In this document: piece by piece, positions 46,801-59,314 of the stretch | How the letters are laid out: every line of letters starts with the position of its first letter | How positions within the stretch are numbered: position 1 is the stretch's first letter | NCBI GenBank assembly: GCA_027923505.1 | Contig: BROI01000014.1 | Span: 620,001-684,000 of the forward strand | Length of the DNA: 64,000 nucleotides | Reading direction: 5' to 3' | Origin: Mayamaea pseudoterrestris | Taxonomy: Eukaryota | Made by a program: the position numbers and the translations under genes | The notes under the pieces: generated by a model | What the model saw: the letters and a program-made list of their open reading frames with translations, nothing else | Told to the model about the DNA's origin: nothing | Database searches by the model: none

Positions 46801-49800
46801 TCAGGGGATGGCAATGTATTTGGTGACAACTTGTCACCAGTCTCAGCTCGCAGATGCCATGACATTCTGACACACCTACAGCAGGCCCTGTAGGTGCCCA
46901 AATTACACCAGAATGGTGCCAACATCATTTCTCAGGTGGCGCTACAAGATGGTAGGCTTGGCTGGTGTCTCAGGGGATGGCAATGTATTTGGTGACAACT
47001 TGTCACCAGTCTCAGCCCGCAGATGCCATGACATTCAAACGCCCCTACAGCAGGCCCTGTAGGTGCCCAAAATACACCAGAATGGTGCCAACATCATTAT
47101 TCAGGCTGCGCTACAAGATGGTAGGCTTGGCTGGTGTCTCAGGGGATGGCAATGTATTTGGTGACAACTTGTCACCAGTCTCAGCCTGCAGATGCCATGA
47201 CATTCTGACACACCTACAGCAGGCCCTGTAGGTGCCCAAATTACACCAAAATGGTGCCAACATCATTTCTCAGGTTGCGCTACAAGATGGTAGGCTTGGC
47301 TGGTGTCTCAGTGGATGGCAATGTATTTGGTGACAACTTGTCACCAGTCTAACCCCGCAGATGCCATGACATTCAAACGCCCCTACAGCAGGCCCTGTAG
47401 GTGCCCAAATTACACCAGAATGGTGCCAACATCTTTATTCAGGCTGCGCTACAAGATGGTAGGCTTGGCTGGTGTCTCAGGGGATGGCAATGTATTTGGT
47501 GACAACTTGTCACCAGTCTCAGCCCGCATATGCCATAATGTTCAGACGCCCCTACAGCAAGCCCGGTAGGTGCCCAAATTACACCAGAATGGTGCCAACA
47601 TCATTTTTGAGGCTGCGCTACAAGATGGTAGGCTTGGCTGGTGTCTCAGGGGATGGCAATGTATTTGGTGACAACTTGTCACCAGTCTCAGCCCGCAGAT
47701 GCCATGACATTCAGACACACCTACAGCAGGCCCTGTAGGTGCCCAAATTACACCAGAATGGTGCCAACATCATTTCTCAGGTTGCGCTACAAGATGGTAG
47801 GCATGGCTGGTGTCTCAGGGGATGGCAATGTATTTGGTGACAACTTGTCACCAGTCTCAGCCAGTAGATGCCATAACATTCAGACACACCTACAGCAAGC
47901 CCGGTAGGTGCCCAAATTACACCAGAATGGTGCCAACATCATTATTCAGGCTGCGCTACAAGATGGTAGGCTTGGCTGGTGTCTCAGGGGATGGCAATGT
48001 ATTTGGTGACAACTTGTCACCAGTCTCAGCCCGCAGATGCCATGACATTCAGACACACCTACAGCAGGCCCTGTAGGTGCCAAAATTACACCAGAATGGT
48101 GCCAACATCATTTTTGAGGCTGCGCTACAAGATGGTAGGCTTGGCTGGTGTCTCAGGGGATGGCAATGTATTTGGTGACAACTTGTCACCAGTCTCAGCC
48201 CGCAGATGCCATAACATTCAGACGATGGTGGTGCCTAAATTACACCAGAATGGTGCCAACATCATTTCTCACTGGGTTCACGGTCGAGGTTCACGCCTCG
48301 ATCGTCAGCGATTTCACTCATGTATGTGAGGATTCGGTCACAAGTGTGACTCAACCCTGCACAGGATTAAATGCATACAAAACACAGGTAGCTAACCGTC
48401 TTGTCATAAGACGCAGGTCAACTCAACTCAATAATATTGTGTCACAAATTTCACCAGAATGGTGCCAACATCATTAATCAGGCTGCGCTACAAGATGGTA
48501 GGCTTGGCTGGTGTCTCAGGGGATGACAATGTATTTGGTGACAACTTGTCACCAGTCTCAGCCCGCAGATGCCATAACATTCTGATGCCCCTACAGCAAG
48601 CCCGGTAGGTGCCCAAATTACACCAGAATGGTGCCAACATCATTTTTGAGGCTGCGCTACAAGATGGAAGGCTTGGCTGGTGTCTCAGGGGATGGCAATG
48701 TATTTGGTGACAACTTGTCACCAGTCTCAGCCATCAGATGCCATGACATTCAGACACACCTACAGCAAGCCCGGTAGGTGCCCAAATTACACCAGAATGG
48801 TGCCAACATCATTATTCAGGCTGCGCTACAAGATGGTAGGCTTGGCTGGTGTCTCAGGGGATGGCAATGTATTTGGTGACAACTTGTCACCAGTCTCAGC
48901 CCGCAGATGCCATGACATTCAGACACACCTACAGCAGGCCCTGTAGGTGCCCAAATTACACCAGAATGGTGCCAACATCATTTTTTCAGGCTGCGCTTCA
49001 AGATGGTAGGCTTGGCTGGTGTCTCAGGGGATGACAATGTATTTGGTGACAACTTGTCACCAGTCTCAGCCCGCAGATGCCATGACATTCAGACACACCT
49101 ACAGCAGACCCTGTAGGTGCCCAAATTACACCAGAATGGTGCCATCATCATTATTCAGGCTGAGCTACAAGATGGTGGGCTTGGCTGGTGTCTCAGGGGA
49201 TGGCAATGTATTTGGTGACAACTTGTCACCAGTCTCAGCTTGCAGATGCCATGACATTCAGACACACCTACAGCAGGCCCTGTAGGTGCCCAAATTACAC
49301 CAGAATGGTGCCAACATCATTATATAGGCTGCGTTACAAGATGGTAGGCTTGGCTGGTGTCTCAGGGGATGGCAATGTATTTGGTGACAACTTGTCACCA
49401 GTCTCAGCCCGTAGATGCCATGACATTCAAACACACCTAGCGGCCCTTAGTGCCCAATTCAGACATGGTGCCAACATCATTATTAAGGCGGGCTACAAGA
49501 TGGTAGGCTTGGCTGGTGTCTCAGGGGATGGCAATGTATTTGGTGACAACTTGTCACCAGTCTCAGCCCGCAGATGCCATGACATTCAGACACACCTACA
49601 GCAGGCCCTGTAGGTGCCCAAATTACACCAGAATGGTGCCAACATCATTATTCAGGCTGCGCTACAAGATGGTATGCCTGGCTAGTGTCTCAGGGGATGG
49701 AAATGATATTGGTGACAACTTGTCACCAGTCTCAGCCTGCAGATGCCATGACATTCAAACACACCTACAGCAGGCCCTGTAGATGCCCAAATTACACCAG

Positions 49801-50021
49801 AATGGTGCCAACATCATTGTTCCATCTGCGCTACAGGATGGTACGCCTGATGGGTGCCCTTGTGGACTCCAACACAATGTGACTGGTGAAAACTTCTCGG
49901 CATAAAACATGCCATGTATACATCCAAATTACACCAGAATGGTGCCAACATCCTTACTCAGTCTGCGCTACAAGATGGTATGCCTGATGGGTCTCAGCCC
50001 ACGGACACCAGCCTTGACATT
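37815..50021. repeat. Tandem satellite array, 169-bp monomer, ~72 copies
   Basis: Example monomer at 42141-42309 (GGTGTCTCAGGGGATGGCAATGTATTTGGTGACAACTTGTCACC...GGCTTGGCT). ORF-track starts recur every 169 bp; the edge units are diverged. Confidence 0.98.
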
Positions 50022-50612
50022 GAAGCACTACTCTCAATTGTGCAAACCTCTGTTTCTAGGAAAATAATTATCATATACCCTATGCTCTTTATGTCTGCTG
50101 CTGACTCAGCACAATAGTCTCATTCCCGACTGTTCCTTCATGATCACTGCTCGTATCGCTTATTTGCTTGCCCACTTGAAACTTAATGATGGATTTGCTC
50201 ATGCACTTGCCAACTGGCATCCAACACTCTCCTCCATGAGCACCTCCTAATTCTCTAAACTCTACAAAATTGCCGTGCATTGCCAGCTAGTTGGTGCTCT
50301 CCTCATCGCCGCTCTCCATCAAGAAACTGTACTGGTATAGATACATGTACAGTTCTTTAGGGATGAGACAAACTAAGCACTGGTCCAGACAAGCCACTGA
50401 ATATTTAGTTGGTGGATTGCAGTGGTAACGGAATGCGAAAGTGGACTTGTTCAGCTACAGTAATCATTTAGAAATGCGTGCCCATACCTTCAAACCAGAA
50501 AAAACCAGCCTTACTGTTAGGCAAATGAATGTACATTGGCTTGGCGCATACTTTGTTTATAGGTGACAAGTATTCAGTTGGCAGCGTATCTACCCATACA
50601 AACCAGACTTGC

Positions 50613-51818
50613 TTACCGTTCACGCTGATATCGTCCAGGTTTGACATCTTGCAGACGCTTCTGCAGCGCTTCTCGGCCGCCACCCTTTTCGTCCCAGTAC
50701 CGCAGCACCTGCTCACCTTTCACTTCTCCGCGTCGTGTATCCCATACAAGTTGAAAATCAACTTGCGGGTTCACCATGTGCAATTGCCGCTCGCGAGGCT
50801 TCCCAAGCGGATTGTGAATGTAGCGAACACCGTCGAAATCAAAATCTTTGGGTCTATGCGAGTGACCAAATATGTGCATGTGACGGCGGCCAGCAATCGG
50901 CAGAGAACGTAACTGTTGGCCAATGAGCTCGCTCCCTGCTACCTTGGCAAACTTGGCGGACATGTCGCCGGCGCCATGGTCGAGCCAATCCAGCGAAAAA
51001 TCATCCTGCTCCAAGTCAATCCAATCGGGTAAAGACTGCTTGTTTGGCAAAAAATGTGACACCGTCATTAATGCTGCTGAAGAATACTCATCAATTAGTG
51101 TGAATTGTCGCGTATTTCGCTCCAGCAAGTGCTCCGTCAAGCCAATGGGAATGCGAGCAGTAGACTCTATTTCGCTCGGGGGGGAATTGCGCCATCGACA
51201 TCGTAAAAAATCCACCCAAGGCCAGTGCCGAAAACCTTTTGAAAGATCATTGGAAAAACATAGACTCCCATCGTACCAGCTTTGTATTGGTAGTACCAAA
51301 AGCGACTGTCTGCCGTTGACAAGACAAGGATCCACCATGACGCCAAGCGTTCGACACTCATCGTAAACTTGTTCCATTTTCTCAAGCGAGTCAAACTCGT
51401 CTTGCTTGTTCAGCCAAGCCTCGTGGTTGCCACAGATGAAAAAGACATGACATCGGTCTTGCATGTAGCGCATCGACCTTCGAAAAACATCCATGTCGTG
51501 CGAAATATCACCAGCCACAATGAGCAAGTCTCGTTTCGTCCAATGATGCTCATCCATTTTCTCTCGAAGCCACTTTAGATTGTCGACGTGATCCGTATGC
51601 AAGTCGCTGAGGCAAAATACTCGGTCAACGTTGTTTAAACAATGATGGAGTGGAAGGCTTGATTCTTCGTCGACTGTGGACAATGTGGACGTGGTGTCGT
51701 GGAGTGCATAAATGCGTCTACTAATAAGTCGTTTGCTCGTCAGCGATACATGTTCAAATGAATGTGTCTGGTCTAGAAGAAGCGTCAGATAGCTCAGATA
51801 TAGCCATGGTATTTGCAT
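50613..51818 (-). CDS. Calcineurin-like metallophosphoesterase with a probable bipartite presequence
   Basis: Motifs SDLH, AGDIS, GNHE, SHFLP and GHSH; signal peptide from MQIPWLYL ending THS-F. Confidence 0.85.
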   Translation of the reverse strand: MQIPWLYLSYLTLLLDQTHSFEHVSLTSKRLISRRIYALHDTTSTLSTVDEESSLPLHHCLNNVDRVFCLSDLHTDHVDNLKWLREKMDEHHWTKRDLLIVAGDISHDMDVFRRSMRYMQDRCHVFFICGNHEAWLNKQDEFDSLEKMEQVYDECRTLGVMVDPCLVNGRQSLLVLPIQSWYDGSLCFSNDLSKGFRHWPWVDFLRCRWRNSPPSEIESTARIPIGLTEHLLERNTRQFTLIDEYSSAALMTVSHFLPNKQSLPDWIDLEQDDFSLDWLDHGAGDMSAKFAKVAGSELIGQQLRSLPIAGRRHMHIFGHSHRPKDFDFDGVRYIHNPLGKPRERQLHMVNPQVDFQLVWDTRRGEVKGEQVLRYWDEKGGGREALQKRLQDVKPGRYQRER

Positions 51819-52035
51819 AGTGAGCGATGAATGAAAGCAGACGAAGGGCAGGACATTTTTGACGAAAAAATGAAACGGATCGTCGCGCGTCAAACGTGCT
51901 CGATGTCGCACCGCAACTCATTCTGCACGCTTCATTCGGTCAATCCCCACCATGGCAAAACAACGAAACAACGACTAATCTCTATACTACCGGTAGTAAC
52001 AGATAAAAGCTATTTACTACATACCTGCATACAAA

Positions 52036-55000
52036 ATGAGTGAAGTAAAAACTGAAAAGAAGCAAAAAACCAATGCGCTGTCTCCCGTAGAACGACTGCA
52101 GGAGCTCGCCATGCTGAAGAAAATTGCGCAGGAAATGGAGCAGCATTTACAAATGCACGACAAGACCTTGGCAGAGTTTTTTGTTTCGCAAGCAGAAGCA
52201 AAAGTGAAGAAGTCAATAAAGGAAAACAGTTCTGCGCCTGATTATTTAGCAACGGCCAAGTCACTGCAGCAGGAACTGACATTACAAGGCGCTGAAAATA
52301 TTTCGTTAGCATTTTGCTCCGTCCTTGTGGAACTAGTTTACAGAGAGTCTCCTCGGATTGCTCGCTTCCAGCAAAAGCTTTCCGCAAAGAGACAGCAGCA
52401 AAAGAGTAATGAGCCAGTTGTGTTGAGCAGCATGCAGGACTCGCAGCGCAAGCAGGAGCTTTCGGGCGTCTTCCCAGGGCTTGCCAAGAATAATTTATCG
52501 CATGGCGTTCCACTGGATGATAACTTTTACGAACACTCGACACGAAATACAGAAAGACAGCAATCAATAAATGCGAGACGTGGAGTTGACAATCGACCGG
52601 CTTGGATGTCGCAGACGAATGGACAGCCTCACGCAGCCCCGTCTTCAGCAGCAGCAGGGGTTCCACAGTCTGGGGAAAAGCGACGAGTCAACAATTTACC
52701 AGCATGGATGACCAAGTTGGAGCCTGATGCGAAGCGTGCTCGCTCGGAACAATTGGAACTATACGGCATTTACAAGGGAAGCATTCTCAAGACACTAGAC
52801 TTTGGTTTGGTGGTTGAGTTTAGTGCTGGCTCGTCTCGACATGAGGGCATGGTGTTTAACACGCAAATATCGAAACAGCCCAATGCTCCGCACAATTACA
52901 GGCGCAATCAACCTGTATGGGTTAAGGTGATTAGTGTCAAGGATCAACAGAATGGAGAAAAGAAGATTGCATTGAGTTTAAAGGATGTTGATCAAAAGGA
53001 TGGAACGGATCTCATGCCGCATCGTTCACTCGTTGCCTCTGGGTACGACAAGCCAGCAGCTGCATTCGCGCCTCCATCCTCCGTCGTACATCCTGGTCTT
53101 GATGTACAAGCACTGAAACAAAAGGAAGCCGAGGAGGAAGCATCTCGGCGGGTTCGATCCATGGGCGATGGTTCGAGTACCATTCGTCGACGCAAGCAAT
53201 TGACCGAGCACGAGTTGTTTGAAGCGCAGCAACTTATTCGATCGGGAGTGTTGCCCGTCGAACAATACCCCACATACGACGCTGAAGGTGGACTTGGCAT
53301 GCTTGCTGTGGAAGAAACGGAGGAAGAAACAGAAGTTGAGCTGGCCGAAAGCGAACCTGCGTTTTTGCGAGGACAAACACGAAACAGTGGTCGCGACTCG
53401 GATCCCATTAAAATTGTCAAGAATCCCGACGGGTCCATGCAACGTGCTGCCATGCAGCAATCAGCCTTATCGAAGGAGCGTCGCGAGTTGCGTCAAGCGC
53501 AGGCGAATCAGTTGATTGATTCCATTCCAAAGGACTTGAATCGACCTTGGGAGGATCCAGTGCCAGAAGCTGGAGAGCGGCACTTTGCGCAGGAACTACG
53601 GGCGATCAACATGAGCGCTTTTGACGGAGCACCTGAATGGAAGAAGAAGGCTGAGAACAAAACACTGTCGTTCGGCATTATTTCCACCAAGTCAATCAAG
53701 GAGCAGCGAGAGAGCCTTCCGGTCTATCGATTGAAAAAGGAATTGATGGAAGCCATATCGAAGAATCAAATTTTGATTGTAGTCGGGGAGACTGGAAGTG
53801 GTAAAACAACACAAATGACGCAGTACATGGTTGAAATGGGATTGACGAAAAGTGGAATGATTGGGTGCACACAGCCTCGTCGAGTTGCAGCCGTCTCAGT
53901 TGCGAAGCGTGTCGCGGAAGAGTATGGCTGCGCTCTTGGAGAGCAAGTTGGTTACTCGATTCGTTTTGAAGATGTTACATCCAAGGAAACGATTATCAAG
54001 TACATGACGGATGGTATGTTGATGAGGGAGTACCTCGCAGACAACGATCTACGTCGCTACAATGCGCTAATGCTGGATGAAGCTCATGAGCGAACCGTGC
54101 ATACTGATGTACTCTTTGGCCTTTTAAAGGACTTGTGCAGGAGACGGCCCGACTTGAAGATCATCGTTACGAGTGCTACATTGAATGCAGAGAAATTCAG
54201 CGCTTACTTCTTTGACTCGCCGATCTTTACAATTCCTGGTAGGACGTTTCCAGTTGAGATCTTGTATGTGAAGGAGCCAGAACCAGATTATCTTGAGGCT
54301 GCTATCATCACCGTTATGCAGATCCACCTCGACCAACCAGCGGGTGATATCTTGGTATTTTTAACGGGTCAGGAAGAGATTGATACATGTTGCGAAACAT
54401 TGTACACGCGAATGGAGGCGTTGAAAGATCTCGCACCTGAGCTCATTATTTTGCCCGTGTACTCCGCTTTACCGTCGGAAATTCAGTCTCGTATTTTTGA
54501 GCCGGCTCCACAGGGATCGCGTAAATGCATTGTCGCAACTAATATTGCCGAGGCGTCGTTAACAATTGACGGAATTTACTATGTGGTCGATCCTGGATTC
54601 AGCAAACAGAATGTCTACAATGCTAAGCTAGGCATGGATTCCTTGGTTGTCACGCCGATCAGCCAAGCTTCAGCCAAACAAAGAGCTGGCAGAGCGGGTC
54701 GAACGGGCCCAGGGCGATGTTACAGGCTCTATACTGAGTCTGCTTTTAAAAACGAAATGCTGCCAACCAACATTCCCGAAATTCAGCGCACCAATCTGGG
54801 AAATGTTGTCCTGCAGCTTAAAGCCATGGGTATTAACGATCTGCTCGGCTTTGATTTTATGGACCCGCCGCCGGTCGCCACGCTTATTGGTGCACTGGAG
54901 TCCCTTTTTGCTCTTGGGGCTTTGGACGAGGAGGGCTTGCTGACGCGGCTTGGCCGCAAAATGGCTGAGTTTCCTCTTGATCCAAGCTTATCTAAAATGC

Positions 55001-55680
55001 TCATCTTATCTGTGGATCTTGGCTGCTCGGATGAAATTCTTACGATCACAGCCATGCTTTCGGTAGAAAATCCGTTCTTTCGTCCTCGTGACAAGCAAGC
55101 GCAGGCTGACATGAAAAAGGCGAAGTTCCATCAGGTGGAAGGAGACCATCTGACTCTTTTGACAGTCTACAAGGGATGGGAAGCAGCGAAATTTAGCAAT
55201 CCATGGTGCTTTGAAAACTATATCCAGGCGAGAAGCATGCGTCGCGCACAGGACGTGCGCAAGCAGCTCGTGACAATCATGGATCGTTACCGACTGGACC
55301 TGATCAGCGCCGGAAAGAACTATAAGATCATCTGCAAGGCTATATGTGCTGGCTTTTTTACCAACGCTGCAAAGAAGGACCCTCAGGAGGGATATAAAAC
55401 CTTGGTCGACCAGACTCCAGTGTACATTCATCCATCTTCGGCATTGTTTCAAAAGAACCCCGAATATGTTATCTATCACGAACTTGTTCTGACGACAAAG
55501 GAATACATGCGCAACATCATGGTTATTGACGCCAAGTGGCTCGTCGAGTTAGCTCCAGCCTTTTACAAACAAGCCGATGCGAACAAGATTACAAAAGCGA
55601 AACGCAAGGAGAAGATCGAACCCTTGTTCGACCGATTTAATCCTAAGGATGCCTGGAGACTGTCGCGGCGAAAGGGATAA
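52036..55680 (+). CDS. PRP22: Pre-mRNA splicing DEAH helicase Prp22/DHX8
   Basis: S1 domain, motifs [16 protein letters not shown] and [10 protein letters not shown]2/OB-fold region, and C-terminal KIEPLFDRF...WRLSRR. Confidence 0.96.
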   Translation: MSEVKTEKKQKTNALSPVERLQELAMLKKIAQEMEQHLQMHDKTLAEFFVSQAEAKVKKSIKENSSAPDYLATAKSLQQELTLQGAENISLAFCSVLVELVYRESPRIARFQQKLSAKRQQQKSNEPVVLSSMQDSQRKQELSGVFPGLAKNNLSHGVPLDDNFYEHSTRNTERQQSINARRGVDNRPAWMSQTNGQPHAAPSSAAAGVPQSGEKRRVNNLPAWMTKLEPDAKRARSEQLELYGIYKGSILKTLDFGLVVEFSAGSSRHEGMVFNTQISKQPNAPHNYRRNQPVWVKVISVKDQQNGEKKIALSLKDVDQKDGTDLMPHRSLVASGYDKPAAAFAPPSSVVHPGLDVQALKQKEAEEEASRRVRSMGDGSSTIRRRKQLTEHELFEAQQLIRSGVLPVEQYPTYDAEGGLGMLAVEETEEETEVELAESEPAFLRGQTRNSGRDSDPIKIVKNPDGSMQRAAMQQSALSKERRELRQAQANQLIDSIPKDLNRPWEDPVPEAGERHFAQELRAINMSAFDGAPEWKKKAENKTLSFGIISTKSIKEQRESLPVYRLKKELMEAISKNQILIVVGETGSGKTTQMTQYMVEMGLTKSGMIGCTQPRRVAAVSVAKRVAEEYGCALGEQVGYSIRFEDVTSKETIIKYMTDGMLMREYLADNDLRRYNALMLDEAHERTVHTDVLFGLLKDLCRRRPDLKIIVTSATLNAEKFSAYFFDSPIFTIPGRTFPVEILYVKEPEPDYLEAAIITVMQIHLDQPAGDILVFLTGQEEIDTCCETLYTRMEALKDLAPELIILPVYSALPSEIQSRIFEPAPQGSRKCIVATNIAEASLTIDGIYYVVDPGFSKQNVYNAKLGMDSLVVTPISQASAKQRAGRAGRTGPGRCYRLYTESAFKNEMLPTNIPEIQRTNLGNVVLQLKAMGINDLLGFDFMDPPPVATLIGALESLFALGALDEEGLLTRLGRKMAEFPLDPSLSKMLILSVDLGCSDEILTITAMLSVENPFFRPRDKQAQADMKKAKFHQVEGDHLTLLTVYKGWEAAKFSNPWCFENYIQARSMRRAQDVRKQLVTIMDRYRLDLISAGKNYKIICKAICAGFFTNAAKKDPQEGYKTLVDQTPVYIHPSSALFQKNPEYVIYHELVLTTKEYMRNIMVIDAKWLVELAPAFYKQADANKITKAKRKEKIEPLFDRFNPKDAWRLSRRKG

Positions 55681-55724
55681 AAGATTGTATATATAACAAA
55701 ACTGGCTAACAGAGTAGCGATTTC

Positions 55725-57194
55725 TTATTGTATTTCATATGTGGGTAGGTGCTCGTCCGCAGGTTTGCCGTCAACGGTGTCATGAGTTGTTGGCAAAATG
55801 TTGGCCATCGTAAAGGAACCATATTTCATGTCGTCAAGCCAAGTCGACCATTGCGGAACTCTGCTTTTGCTTCGACTCACTGTAAAATTAATAACCTTGT
55901 CGATAATAGCAGCTGTCATAGCTCGCGTCATGGCGCCGCGCATGTCCACTGATGACTCGATCAAGCGTTCCATTTCGTCATGTGACCAGCGAAGTAGCGT
56001 GCAGTCGTCCGTCGCGACAATTGTATAGAACGAGTTTGATACCTTTGGCGCGGGGACGGGAGTGTCGACGACGTGAATGGTTCGCCGGTGAGCAAGACTG
56101 GGTGCGTCCGACTCGGATCCGTCATTATTTTGTCGATTGGCATTCTCATGTACCGGCGAAGGTTTACTTTTCTTTGGCTGCACTGTTACTTGGTAATCGT
56201 CATCGTCGCCTTTGACAGCCTTTGTCGCCGTACGTTTGGCTTGATGCTTGATCCAGTACTGTTCTAAAAAGGCCATTTCTCCAACCCATGCACCCGGTGC
56301 CTCCCGAGGCTCATCATCGTCCACCGTCGGTGAGTCCTTGATCGAAACCGCAGACAGTCGACGCCCTAGTGCACTTGCTTGCGTCTGGCCCTTGACGACG
56401 AGATACACATGGTCCAGCTTTTCACCTTGCCGTACAATGAGCTTGTTCTTTGGAACATGTATCACCTCGGCGCGATTGTAGATAATCTCAAACTGTTTCG
56501 GCGTAATGCCATGTCTTAAAAAGTATGTATCGTATATTTCTTCCTGCTCCCTTGTTAATCTCACACTAGAAGTCCGTTCCTTGTAGATGTTTCGGATGAA
56601 GTAGCCATTGACTGCTGCAAAAGTGAGCGCCCAAGCGATAGGAACAGGCCGAAAGGGTATTTGCTTGGAGTGGTAGATCACAGAGGCGAGACTGCCCGTC
56701 ACCGAAAAGACGCGCAGCTCCAAAACGTCAGAGCGAGTAAAGCCAATCAGAGAAGTAATCGAGCCTAAATTCAAGATTAATGTCGGCCAATTGAGGTGCC
56801 ACCATTCAACAAATCTATTCCAGAACTCCTCAAAGGATTCCCATGCATTTTCTGACGAACGTGAAGCTACAATTGCCGGCTCGACGGCTTTAAAAGGTTT
56901 TGGAGGCGCGAGCGAGGATTGCACTGGCATTTTTGGTATATCTGGCAAAATGTTCTTCTTTTTGGGAGGAATCTTGATTCGAAAGAATACTCCTCTGTGA
57001 ACGCCTTGGATGTAATTGGTTTTAAAGAAAGGTTGCCTCTGTTGTATCTTGGCTTCCGTGTCGATCAGCTTTCGTACTTCATCCGTCCGATGAAATCTAA
57101 TCCGTAACAGCTTGTCAAGGAACTTTCGATTCGTCATCATAGAGTTTTGCAGTGAACATGAGAAAGCTTGGCTCACCTTTTGGCAAGCTTTCAT
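55725..57194 (-). CDS. Popeye-domain / cyclic-nucleotide-binding membrane protein
   Basis: Three TM helices (DVLELRVFSV...W...FAAVN), then EQEEIYDTYF, ITPKQFEII, VRQGEK, GAWVGEMAFL and TIVATDDCTLLRW. True start uncertain. Confidence 0.75.
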   Translation of the reverse strand: MKACQKVSQAFSCSLQNSMMTNRKFLDKLLRIRFHRTDEVRKLIDTEAKIQQRQPFFKTNYIQGVHRGVFFRIKIPPKKKNILPDIPKMPVQSSLAPPKPFKAVEPAIVASRSSENAWESFEEFWNRFVEWWHLNWPTLILNLGSITSLIGFTRSDVLELRVFSVTGSLASVIYHSKQIPFRPVPIAWALTFAAVNGYFIRNIYKERTSSVRLTREQEEIYDTYFLRHGITPKQFEIIYNRAEVIHVPKNKLIVRQGEKLDHVYLVVKGQTQASALGRRLSAVSIKDSPTVDDDEPREAPGAWVGEMAFLEQYWIKHQAKRTATKAVKGDDDDYQVTVQPKKSKPSPVHENANRQNNDGSESDAPSLAHRRTIHVVDTPVPAPKVSNSFYTIVATDDCTLLRWSHDEMERLIESSVDMRGAMTRAMTAAIIDKVINFTVSRSKSRVPQWSTWLDDMKYGSFTMANILPTTHDTVDGKPADEHLPTYEIQ

Positions 57195-57425
57195 CCATGG
57201 TCAAGCATCGAATGTTCTCTACCGTAGGTGGTCGTCACGCAAAGTGTCGCACCGGTTTTGCATTCCGGCGCGCCAAGCACAGTTGAAGTTTCGAAAACCA
57301 AGCTCCAGCCATCAGATCCATCCCCAAGATCCCATCAAAGGGCTGTCTGGCGAACAAAAGCATTCATTCTTCGCTTGTTCCTCGCTCAGTATCTCTACGT
57401 ACCAAGACAGCGTCTGTTTGCGACC

Positions 57426-58985
<1,560 letters not shown>

Positions 58986-59314
58986 AGGCCCGACACCTGT
59001 ACTTGCATATGAATGATAATGGCGACGGGAAATGAAATCCCGCTAGCCTACTTTTGAATATCCACTTTTTCGAATAATTCAATAGTAGATTTTCTTCTTT
59101 ACTTTAACTCCGTTACAAGGTCTAGAGCTCTATCGTAGTTTAACTTGGCGAAGACGGCATAGCTGACTGCAGCAGCGTCCTTCCGTCGTCCGTGGAACCC
59201 GGAGTTGCCGTGCACAGATCGTGCTGCCAAAACTCACGCCTCGAACAAAGCCGGCACAGTCATCGAGGAAAGCGACCATTCCGTCCCAGTTGTAGCAAGG
59301 GATTTTCTTAAAGC

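Noticed and set aside
38263..49882. Dozens of 88-aa ORFs (MSQGMAMYLVTT...) as a gene family or repeat protein
   Set aside because: The period of 169 is not divisible by 3, stops recur in the repeat, starts are mostly GTG, and indels shift frames freely. These are by-products of the satellite.
37815..50021. CRISPR array
   Set aside because: Whole 169-bp units repeat with no unique spacers, no cas genes are nearby, and the context is eukaryotic.
37815..50021. 5S rRNA, tRNA, snRNA or spliced-leader tandem array
   Set aside because: I recognise no such RNA, no Pol III A/B boxes and no consistent oligo-T terminator. An Rfam scan would settle it.
50022..50612. Gene or transposon end right of the array
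   Set aside because: Only short ORFs without motifs, and I found no terminal inverted repeat matching the left flank.
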